From Oopsacas minuta (taxonomy: Eukaryota; Animalia; Porifera), in the NCBI GenBank assembly GCA_024704765.1, contig JAKMXF010000034.1, positions 5,257 through 69,256 on the forward strand: a stretch of 64,000 nt of DNA, read 5' to 3'. This document shows, one piece after another, positions 43,601 to 55,500 of the stretch. Position numbers and translations under genes: made by a program. Positions within the stretch are counted from its first letter, which is position 1; every line of letters begins with the position of its first letter. Under the pieces are notes generated by a model, which saw only the letters and a program-made list of their open reading frames with translations, was not told the origin of the DNA and searched no databases.

Positions 43601-46600
43601 GATACTTCTCTTCTACTGGAATCAGACTCAGGAGTGTATACGTGTACTGCTTCCAATGTTGTAGGATTGTCTAGTGATACAGTGACAATTACTGTAATAC
43701 CTCCTCCTCCTCAATTCGTTTCTATTCAACTAGTTGCACCACTACCTGTATATGTCGGTGATCCATTCATACTTCAATGTCAATTCAGTACACTGGCTAA
43801 TGTCACTTCACAGATTAACATTGATTGGTACAGAGATGGAACATTATTAGCTAACAGTGGTGATGACAGTATTGTAACTACTAATGCAGGAAGTGAAACT
43901 ACTAGTGAATTGACAGTTTCAAATTCTATGATCATTCTAGAAGATTACCAATGTAGATCTACAGTAGGTGCTAGTCAACAAACAGATTCAGTTACTTATA
44001 CATTTAACTTCACTCCACCTCCAACTCCTATGATAAGTGTCAATCCAGTGGATCCACCGGATCTATATGTCACACAGACAATCAATATTACATGTCAAGT
44101 TACTACTCTAGCTAGATTTCAAAGCGGATTAAGGATTGTTTGGTATCAGAATGGAAGTATGCTCAGTACAAATGGTAATGTTCAAATTTCAATAATTAAC
44201 TTGGATGATACCACCACAGAGAGCACGTTATCATTTGGAGATCTTGTCCTTGTTAATACAGGAGCATATCGTTGTGTAGCACAAGTGTTAAGTGTTTTAA
44301 ATTCAGAAGCAGTGTCTATTACAACCAATATTCAAGTTGTTCAAATTCCTGCTCCTCAATTCGTTTCTATTCAACTAGTTACACCACTACCTGTATATTT
44401 CAGCGATCCATTCACACTTCAATGTCAATTCAGTACACTGGCTATTGTCACTTCACAGATCGTCATCAATTGGTACAGAGATGGAACATTATTAACTAAC
44501 AGTAGTGGAGACAGTATTGTAACTACAAATACAGGGAATGAAGCTATTAGTAAATTGACAGTTTCAAATTCTACGACCATTCAAGGAGATTATCAATGTA
44601 AATCTAAAGTAGGTGCTAGTCAACAAACGGTTTCAGATACTTATACATTTAACATCACTCCACCTCCAACTCCTATGATAAGTGTCAATCCAGTGGATCC
44701 GCCGGATCTTTATGTCACACAGACAATCAATATTACATGTCAGGTTACTACTCTAGCTGTATTTCGTAGCGGATTACGCATTGTTTGGTATTACAATGGG
44801 AGCATTCTTAATTCAAATGGCAGCGTTTCCATTTCAACCATGAACTTGAATGATACTAACACAGAGAGCACGTTAACATTTGGAGATATTGTCCTTGGTA
44901 ATACAGGAGCATATCGTTGTGTAGCACAAGTGTTAAGTGTTTTAAATTCAGAAGCAGTGTCTAATACAACCAATATTTCAGTTGTTCAAATTCCTGCTCC
45001 TCAATTCTATTCAATTCAGTTGGTAACAACACCGCCTATCTATGTCAATGATATATTCACTCTTCAATGTCAATTCAGTACTGTACATAATATTAAACCA
45101 CAGATCGTCATCAATTGGTACAGAGATGGAACATTATTAGCTAACAGTGGTGATGACAGTATTGTAACTACTAATACAGAGAATGAAGCTACTAGTGAAT
45201 TGACAGTTTCAAACTCTATGAATATTCAAGAAGATTACCAATGTAGATCTACAGTAGGTGCTAGTCAACAAACAGATTCAGTTACTTATACATTTAACTT
45301 CACTTCACCTCCAACTCCTATGATAAGTGTCAATCCAGTGGATCCACCGGATCTATATGTCACACAGACAATCAATATTACATGTCAAGTTACTACTCTA
45401 GCTAGATTTCAAAGCGGATTAAGGATTGTTTGGTATCAGGATGGAAGTATGCTCAGTACAAATGGTAATGTTCAAATTTCAATAATTAACTTGGATGATA
45501 CCACCACAGAGAGTACATTAACATTTGAAGATCTTGTCCTTGGCAATACAGGAGCATATCATTGTGTAGCACAAGTGTTAAGTGTTTTGAATTCAGAAGA
45601 AGGAATGTCAAGTACAACCAATATTTCGGTTGTTCAAATTCCTGCTCCTCAATTCTATTCAATTCAGTTGGTAACAACACCGCCTATCTATGTCAATGAT
45701 ATATTCACTCTTCAATGTCAATTCAGTACTGTACATAATATTAAACCACAGATCGTCATCAATTGGTACAGAGATGGAACATTATTAGCTAACAGTGGTG
45801 ATGACAGTATTGTAACTACTAATACAGAGAATGAAGCTACTAGTGAATTGACAGTTTCAAACTCTATAAATATTCAAGAAGATTACCAATGTAGATCTAC
45901 AGTAGGTGCTAGTCAACAAACAGTTTCAGTTACTTATACATTTAACTTCACTCCACCTCCAACTCCTATGATAAGTGTCAATCCAGTGGATCCACCGGAT
46001 CTATATGTCACACAAACTATCAACATTACATGTCAGGTTACTACTCTAGCTGTATTTCATAGCGGATTAAGCATTGTTTGGTATTTCAATGGAAGCATTC
46101 TTAATTCAAATGGCAGCGTTTCCATTTTTACCATGAACTTGAATATTACTAGCACAGAGAGTACGTTAATGTTGGCAGATCTTGTACTTTCTAATACAGG
46201 AGCATATCATTGTGTAGCACAAGTGTTAGGCGTTTTGAATTCAGAAGAAGGAGTGTCAAGCACAACTAATGTTCAAGTTAATTTGCCTCCAGCTGCTGTC
46301 TTCAATTCGATTAGCTCTCTTACAGAAGACACTATTTTAATTGGAGAGGAGCTTATATTAGTTTGTGAGTTCACAATTCTATCTCAGTTTCTTCAATATC
46401 TCTCTATAAATTGGTATCATAGCAATACTCTACTGACTGCTAGTAGTAATGTTCTAATGGAAGAATCGGTTTTAGGTTCTGATATGTTGCAAAGTATCCT
46501 TACGATCACGAATACAGCTATATCTAATTCTGGGATGTACTCCTGTAAAGCAACACTATTGAATTATATCACCACTACTTCTTCATTACTGTCTATTGAG

Positions 46601-48570
46601 ATTGTTGCTGTACCTACTCCGATGTTTGTTAGCATATATGCTTCCTCACAAGATCCTGTCTATATTTCAGATTCTTTCTCTCTTTCTTGTGAATTCATAA
46701 TATCATCCATGTTCATTTCTTCTCTCTCGATTATTTGGTTTCATAACGATACCACGATTACATCTTTCTCTAATATTATGATTACTTCAAGCAAAAATGC
46801 TGATAATGCAGTTAGTACTTTGAGTGTGTCTAATGCAGGTCTGGACAAATCGGGTAGTTACTCCTGTGGAGCAAGTATACCAGAATCAATTATTCAATAT
46901 TCTACTCTTCTCCAAGTTAATGTTTTGCCAATACCTGCTCCAGAATACGTTTCAATCGGATTGAGTAAGAAGCCTGTTTACATTAACGCATCCTTCCAGC
47001 TTTATTGTACATTCAATGCATTAACTCGTATCTTACCCTATATTACAATCAACTGGTATCATAATTCAACTGAAGTAACTTCATGTCACTCCAGATTTTT
47101 GATTAACATCAACCATGATAATGTTAGAATCCTGAACAGTACTTTATCCGTACAATCTTCTGAAGAATGTCAAGCAGGAGCATATCATTGCGATGCGAAC
47201 TTTGATCAACTGAATTCTGTTTCTGAAAACTTCCAACTTTCATTTAATCCAGGTAAGTCTATATTTTGTGTACGACTGAACCATGCGTAATAGCTAATAC
47301 GAGTTGTGTGAATGATAATACAGAGCGAAAAGGGACTCAGTTGAATTTTGAAAATGTGAGTACACTTAGCTGAAATCACATTATTAACCTATTTAGCATA
47401 ACGAATTTTTCGGGTACTTATCATGAATTTGCTATGATGTGCACTATTTACCATACTAGAATACACTCTTATGTACATGAAAAGTTGCTATTAGACGAAT
47501 TGCAAATATGCAAACAATACTACATATATAACGTACGTGTATACAATACTCATAGCCGGTAGAACCGGTTGGACAGGTTAGGTGATTGCTAGACTACTTT
47601 TTCTGGAATATGCATTGAATCAATGATATATAGGGACCACTTTTAAGAGATTGTACATTTTCATTTTGATTACGTCGTGCCTCTTATAACTTACAAGTTA
47701 GCTCGTTGGTGTATAGCTTAGAGAGACTATTCGTGTAATCATTATACATTAACTAAAATTCGAATAAATCCCGTAATTTATTATATAGATCCGTATGAAC
47801 AAGAGATAACATCCCTAAATGTATCCTCCAATAATGACAAGTTGTATCTCCAATGGACAATATCCAAACAACCTATTGCTGACGAATATTTCAGGATTAA
47901 GATAATCATGCAGGCAGCAGATGGTTCATTAAAGGTAACGGAAACTATTTTACCTTGTGACGTAACATGTCAAGGAAGCAAGGATGTCATTTATGAGCTG
48001 ACAGACATTGTCATTAATTCGCTATACTTGGCAGAAGTAACGGTTATTAATTTATACGGACAACAATCAAGAATATATATATTTGATCCTCAAGCTATCT
48101 TAACAGATGTATCTGGTACTTCTCAATGTCCTGATGTTAATATAAGTATCGTAGTCCCACTGATTATAATCATTATGATATTGATATCTGTAATTATGGC
48201 CATTTTCATTATTTTCATAATTTGGTATGTAAAGTTTAAGAAAATTGTTCCAAAAAGCCAGTGCAAACCTATGCAATCTGACAAAGATTATATTGGAATG
48301 TCCTCAAAGGAATCCGCATCTCATGGATATTATAATTTGGGACCTAATAGAGCTACTGAAGGAGAATCACAGTTCCACGCGGAGAGAACAATTATTGAAA
48401 CTAATCTAGAGCCGACCTATGCGCATATCGATGAAGATGGTAAGGTATTTGAGATAGAAGGTAAGCTGATTGGAGAAGAGAAGAGAGATGGAGATTATGA
48501 GATAATGAAGTGTGGAGATGATCCACAAAGTGTAACATACTCGAATGTAAGTTATTTTGTTATTATTTGA
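37685..48570 (+). CDS. Receptor gene A: giant Ig/FN3 type I membrane protein (~3450 aa) with a tyrosine-motif cytoplasmic tail
   Basis: Exon 1 is 37685-47252 (9568 nt, signal peptide, many C..W..YxC Ig domains, 2 FN3; donor ccag|gtaagt). Exon 2 is 47789-48570 (phase 1, FN3 + TM + tail). A donor at 48547 (aat|gtaagt) may add a tiny last exon. Confidence 0.85.
43700..46290 (+). repeat. Four tandem Ig-pair coding repeats (645, 645 and 648 bp spacing)
   Basis: The anchor tcaattc recurs at 43711, 44356, 45001 and 45649; PPPTPMISVNPVDPPDLYVTQTINITCQVTT occurs four times. Confidence 0.93.
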
Positions 48571-48740
48571 TATATTATATTTTTGTTTAGCATACTTTTG
48601 AATTTGATTTTTTCCTTTAGCTCTCCTAACTACTATCCTCTGGTCTATCAGGATATTTTCGTATTATTTATTGAATCAATAGTTTGTGAATATTTGTTTC
48701 TTGAAGTTATAATTGTATATATATTTTATTGATGTCTACT
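47424..48740. repeat. Left arm of a ~1.3 kb inverted duplication (right arm 52380-53699)
   Basis: Includes intron, FN3-TM-tail exon and 3' flank; the two 242-aa ORFs differ at 14 residues. Confidence 0.95.
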
Positions 48741-51700
48741 CACAGTCAACATTCGTAAATTCGAACTTTCACAAATTCTAATTCTTACGAATGAATATGT
48801 TCAAACCAGCTAAATAGACATACATTGGATCTGTCCAGCCTGGAGCAGGAGTCTGGTTTTGAGTAACAACAGTACATTAAATTCCACACAACTTGGATGG
48901 TCAATGACATAAACATCTATATTCCTGAGTTAACGCTAGTATAGCACTGAACGATTTGAGCCTTAGATTCTTTGTACGTTTTTCGAATTCTGCCGATAAA
49001 GTGCTCGGAGGTTCTATTTGAGTTTAAGCCTGTTTAGACAGTATGGGCCATCGAAGGTGATCTTGTCGCATGACCATGCATTTATCGTATTTACGAAGAA
49101 AGTAATCAGAATTCAACAAAACTCGACTAAATATTTCGAATGTTCTGAATCTGATTTTTAATTACATTTCACTTCATTTGTGCCAATAGAAATTTATGAA
49201 TAATTTGATATCTGAACGGATTGCATTCTAGGAACAAAATTACACCGGTACCGAGAGGCTATAGCTCCCTCAAACAGTAATGGTTAGCACCGCCTCAGCT
49301 ATTTATTAAGCGGAGAGTCTAAATAAATATTGCACAAAACCAAGCTGTACTATGCCAGTAATAATTATTTTACTGCAAAAGTTTAATAACCTTTCGTATC
49401 TCTATGAATCGCACTATTTGTGAAACTTATTAATTGACTGGTATGTCCTACCGAGCATATTATGTGCGATATACGTCCTCTGAGATATGTAAGGTTGTGA
49501 TCAAAATATTGTACCGTATCTCAGAGACTCTCTTTTCAGACCCATTACAGGACTATGATTTTTAGGCGATAAATTAAATCATTCGCATTTATACGAGCAT
49601 ACGAATTTCGTGATAACAGGTTGCTCTAGGATAGAGGAGGAAGAGAATTTTCTTATTCGAAAATAACAAGTTAGTCAAGCCCTGCCAACTTAAAGAATAC
49701 GTGTATGATTATGCGCAAGATTAACAATCATAAATTTGCAGGCATTAAAAGACTGACATGCCAACTATCCAGTTTTTGGCTGGAAATCCAATCTTTCCTG
49801 ACTTTTAAGCCAAATTTTATGTCTAGCATAAATGTGGAAAGAATATTGAATAGTCCGGCTTTTAGTTGACAATATAAATTGCCAAGTCGCGCCACAAAAC
49901 AATACCCAGCTGATTTCTTCCCCCTGTAGGTAAGTATTGAACATAATATATAGGTTACTTTTAATATCTAATAAACACATACTACTTGTATTACTATACT
50001 ATTCAAATTATATAAACACACTCAAACACTCAATGAATCACAGTTATTGTCTACAGCTTGATTTGAATAACAACACTATTTTCTGCGTGAGCTGGATTAA
50101 ACACTACTTCAGTTGTCATCTCGATAGGAGTATTAGCATTTTTGCCCGATCCAAACAAATTACATTTTCTCTTTGGTTTGGGTTGGTCAAGAGAAATTCC
50201 TTCCTCAATCATATTTCATCTCCATTAGGGTGGATATATTCGGCGAAGCTAGTGAAACAATATTATTGGCACACTTTCACTTCGCTTGATTCTACAACTG
50301 TGGTGAGACTATCAGTTACCCAGTAATTCTCATTCAAATACCTGCAAGTATAAGTGAAACCTTCAGAACTCGAAACTACATCAAATCCAATGTAACCTAT
50401 AATCAGGGGTATATTGTAGGGGAAGGGGGGAGCGGCGCTCCCCGAAGACAATTTCTAGGGGGAACGCGCTCCTCCACTACAAATTCAAGGAGGAGAGGCG
50501 CTCCCTCAATTTAACTTGATTATTGTTATTTTATAATAATAAAGGTAGATTAAGTTTCGGAGTTGTCCTTCTTTCGTAATCTAGTCAACTCCCCTTAATA
50601 GGGTAACATTGGTTCCAGGCCATTCCAACCAATTAAGCGGATTAAACGTGTTTGCCGGTCTAAGGAATTATGTAACATCGCACTGCACTGTTTTGGCCAA
50701 GTGATCCTATCAACAGTGTGGCAATTTAGCATATTCTGGACCATCATGCATCATAACAACGGTGCAATTGGGCTTTGCCATACTGTCTCTCAGAAATTAA
50801 TGGCCCCTACACCTACAGTCATGTGAAATTCCATAAAAGATTATTTCATTATCTTTCAACTTACTCAGGGATGTTGTTTTGACAAAAATAGTCCCCCTCA
50901 CTTTTGAGGATTTCTATAATATTTCTCAACGTTTATATGACTTCAAAGTTCAAACTATTGTAATAATGGATAAGTAATCAAATAACTATTTGTACATAAA
51001 CTGGTTATGGCCTCGGACAGGGCAATGCATCATTAATCCTGATTATTAAGCAAAATATGAGGGATTAAAATCTTCTTTTCGCATGCGATTTTGTACAGTT
51101 AGTAGAACCTCCAAGATCCGCACCTCTTTGTATGCAGAAAGTAAGAAAATAATATTTTCTTTAGAAAATATACGAGATTTGTTGTTAAGATACGGGCACC
51201 TTCCTCAACAGGGCATAGTTTACCACGATTTTGATATTAGCAAAATCTCATTTACCATTTACCTAGACTGAATGCAAATCTTAATACCGCACTCGATATT
51301 AGTCATGATTCTTGTTGGATATAGTGAGGGTTCGGATTAGCGAGGTGGTAATTCTCCATTGGATTAGTGTTATTTCACTAATCCGAACGAATATTAAGTA
51401 ATCACTAATGGGGGGACCAATTTGCAGGGGAGACCATTTTTGTCAAAACAAAGGTAATTTACATGTAGATTCAATATTGCAGAAATGGTGCATTTTTGCC
51501 CGAATAAATGTATTGCATATTTGTAGAAAAGTATATTGTCAACCATTTTGCCTATGCTAAAATTCAGGAATGTGTGAAAATATGTGTCTAGTTAGTATTT
51601 ATTTGTTACAATATTCCATTCTTAGATTACTTATAGTATGGGAAGTAATGCATCTTTCATTTCAAAGTTAACATATGAAATGATCTCTAGATACTTTTTG

Positions 51701-52547
51701 CAAAATATCAAAATTATCATGATAAAGTTGCCTCGAGCTTGAAATACCATGGATGACACATTTTATGAATATCCAATTAGAATTCGATAATCGTTAAGAT
51801 TATTGCCAAATCAGTATAGCAATGAATTGTATGTGCCAAACTTCCCATATCTTTGTAATACATTTTGATGTGATATCTCTGAATATTATTGCGTAATGTT
51901 TGATGGCCAAATATGGGCAAATTCACGTTGACTTCAAATTGATAATAGTTATTACATCAAAATGTATAATAAGGATATGGCAAGCCTGATCATACTATAA
52001 ATTGGCTATACTGATTTGGCAATATGGTTCAAAATTGAGGGCCGTGCACTGGGTCACTGGGCCAAGAGGTCGTGACTCATGACCCAGGACCCATGGTCCT
52101 CTCTGATTCAAATATATTTGGTAGCTCTAAACTGCATGAACGTATCGTAAGATGATAGTTTCTTGTATTTGCTGATATTAGTTTTACATACCCAGCATTA
52201 CAGATCACACAACTTCCGTCAGTAGATCAATACAAGGTACATTATATATAATGGATATAGTGATAACACTGTAACGGGGACACATATTTGAGCCAAAATA
52301 TGCGTCCTCCACATCCCACCCGGCCACCCTAGATTCGGTACTGGGGCCTACTAACCCCTAAAGATGGCACTGACTGTAAGTAGACATCAATAAAATATAT
52401 ATACAATTATAACTTCAAGAAACAAATATTCACAAACTATTGATTCAATAAATAATACGAAATATCCTGATAGACCAGAGGATAGTAGTTAGGAGAGCTA
52501 AAGGAAAAAATCAAATTCAAAAGTATGCTAAACAAAAATATAAAATA

Positions 52548-55500
52548 TCAAATAATAACCAAATAACTTACATTCGAGTATGTTACACTTTGTGGATCAT
52601 CTTCACAGTTCATTATCTCATAATCTCCATCTCTATTCTCTTCTCCAATCAGCTTACCTTCTATCTCAAATACCTTACCATCTTCATCAATATGCGCATA
52701 GGTCGGCTCTAGATTAGTTTCAATAATTGTTCTCTCCGCGTGGAACTGTGATTCTCCTTCAGTAGCTCTATTAGGTCCCAAATTATAATATCCATGAGAT
52801 GTGGATTCCTTTGAAGACATTTCAATATAATCTTTGTCAGATTGCATAGGTTTGCACTGGCTTTTTGGAACAATTTTCTTAAACTTTACATACCAAATTA
52901 TGAAAATAATGAAAATGGCCATAATTACAGATATCAATATTATAATGATTATAATCAGTGGGACTACGATACTTATATTAACATCAGGACATTGAGAAGT
53001 ACCAGATACATCTGTTAAGATAGCTTGAGGATCAAATATATATATTCTTGATTGTTGTCCGTATAAATTAATAACCGTTACTTCTGCTAAGTATAGCGAA
53101 TTAGTGACAATATCTGTCAGCTCATGAATGACATCCTTGCTTCTTTGACATGTTACCTCACAAGGTAAAATAGTTTCTGTTACCTTTACTGAACCATCTG
53201 CTGCCTGCATGGTTATCTTAATCTTGAAATATTCATCAGCAATAGGTTGTTTGGATATTGTCCATTGGAGATACAACTTGTCATTATTGGAGGATACATT
53301 TAGGGATGTTATCTCTTGTTCATACGGATCTATATAATAAATTACGGGATTTATTCGAATTTTAGTTAATGTATAATGATTACACGAATAGTCTCTCTAA
53401 GCTATACACCAACGAGCTAACTTGTAAGTTATAAGAGGCACGACGTAATCAAAATGAAAATGTACAATCTCTTAAAAGTGGTCCCTATATATATCATTGA
53501 TTCAATGTATATTCCAGAAAAAGTAGTCTAGCAATCGGCTAACCTGTCCGACCGGTTCTACCGGCTATGAGTATTGTATACACGTACGTTATATACGTAT
53601 GTAGTGTTGTTTGCATATTTGCAATTCGTCTAATAGCAACTTTTCATGGACATAAGAGTGTATTCTAGTATAGTAAATAGTGCACATCATAGCAAATTCG
53701 CGTATTAGCAACGAAAGTACGAAATATAACATACCGTAAGTGAATTTCTATTAATGAAAATTCAATAAATAGAGAATACAACTTACCTGGAGGATATGTT
53801 GTATTAACAATTGGTTGTGATTTGATACTAGTTCCTTCTTGGGTGACTACATTTATACTGATTGAATATTCTGTATTTGGTAATAGGTTAGATATAATCT
53901 GTTCATACGGTCCTGAATCTCCATCAGCAAAGTATTGAATTTGTTGTTCTGTATCTCCAGGAATTTGGTAGAATATGTTAAAACTTTGTAAAGCTCCATT
54001 CAAAGTAGTGAAATCATTTTCAAATGAAACTAGTAGTGACATCTGAGGCGTTCCTATTGGTGCTGTTATTGGGATCACTGTAATAACGATGGGAGGACCG
54101 GTAGGAGCTAGAATAGAGAATATAATTATAATACTTGTATACTATATTAGAATATACGTATAATAAATATGATACACAAATATCTTGATAAGTAGTTAAA
54201 TTCATTCGTTTAGACTGAACCAAGTATTTTATGACAAACCATTTGCAGCTAGAGTTGGAGGTAAAATTGTAACGAAAGGTGTTCGCCCAAGAGCAGTCTG
54301 AATAGATACATTAACCTCGTACTCATAATTAGGGAGAAGATCATCTAGAGTAATACTATTATCGTCTATAGGGAATGTCATAAAGAGTTCAGGAGTCATA
54401 TCTATAATCACACGATCGGATTGTCTTCTTCTTCTCATATCAGTTGGAAATACGCTGTCTTCAAATAGGAATCCTTGGTAAAAACTGGTATATCCAGTAG
54501 CTGGGGAATTTAGTAATGATACTGGAACAAAAGGGATAATTAGAGTTATACTTGTTGAAGTGGTTTGATTCATTACATCATCAGGTGTAAATACTGGTAC
54601 AGTAGGAGGAGAAACTAAAGAAAAGTTAACATAATGTAGTAGTATAATAAATCCTGTATTTAATGATATTAAATGCATTGGAGTATAGCTCTGACCTTGG
54701 CTGAACAGAGGTCCGATTGTTTCAATGATCACCGTGTCAGTTCATTTTAGCGCGAATCCAACTTTCCACCCATGTACCCCCTGTTGTCGTTCGTGGAACA
54801 CAAATTGCACTCATGTTGGACACAGTATAGTTTAGCCTTTGCACTAAACAACCAACCTGCTTCTGTCATGATATATCTGGTCTGACTCGAAGCACCTAAG
54901 CCAGCTCCATTTCTAACTCTTACACTAACTACATACATCGTTCCTTCGTCTACATTATCGAAACATACCATAATGATAGTAGATTGGACACTATAGCAAC
55001 TAGCATCATTTATATTACATGTTCTGTTACTGGGACCTGATATTTGAATACTCGATAAGTTTACAAAATATCTGTCAATTAAACCATTTTGATCAATTGC
55101 TGGTGGGTTGGTAAATCGTACACATATTTGTGTAGGATTATTACTTGATACAGTAAGAATATTTGGAGCAGCAGACACTAAAAGAATAAGAAAACACAAT
55201 CAATTCTATGTATGTAAGTTTGTTTACTGTTTTGAATATGAAATAATGCATCCTTAGCATGCCAATGTCACATTTACTGACAAAGCCCTGTCATTGTGGC
55301 GTAAGATTTGAAAGGACCTGAGTATGAGTAGTCTTAACATATTCAACAAACCTGCTTCATTAGTTAACTGCACTACTCCATTTGTGTATTCACTTGTTCC
55401 TGCTACATTAATAGCTCTAACACTAATAGTATAATTATTATACTCTTGTAATCCAGTCAGATCAACAGAAATTTGTGTTTCAGCTGGATAGTTTGAATTT

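Noticed and set aside
47842-48200. Positive selection between the two FN3-TM exons
   Set aside because: In the most variable ~50 codons I count 7 replacement and 4 silent changes, which does not indicate an excess of replacements.
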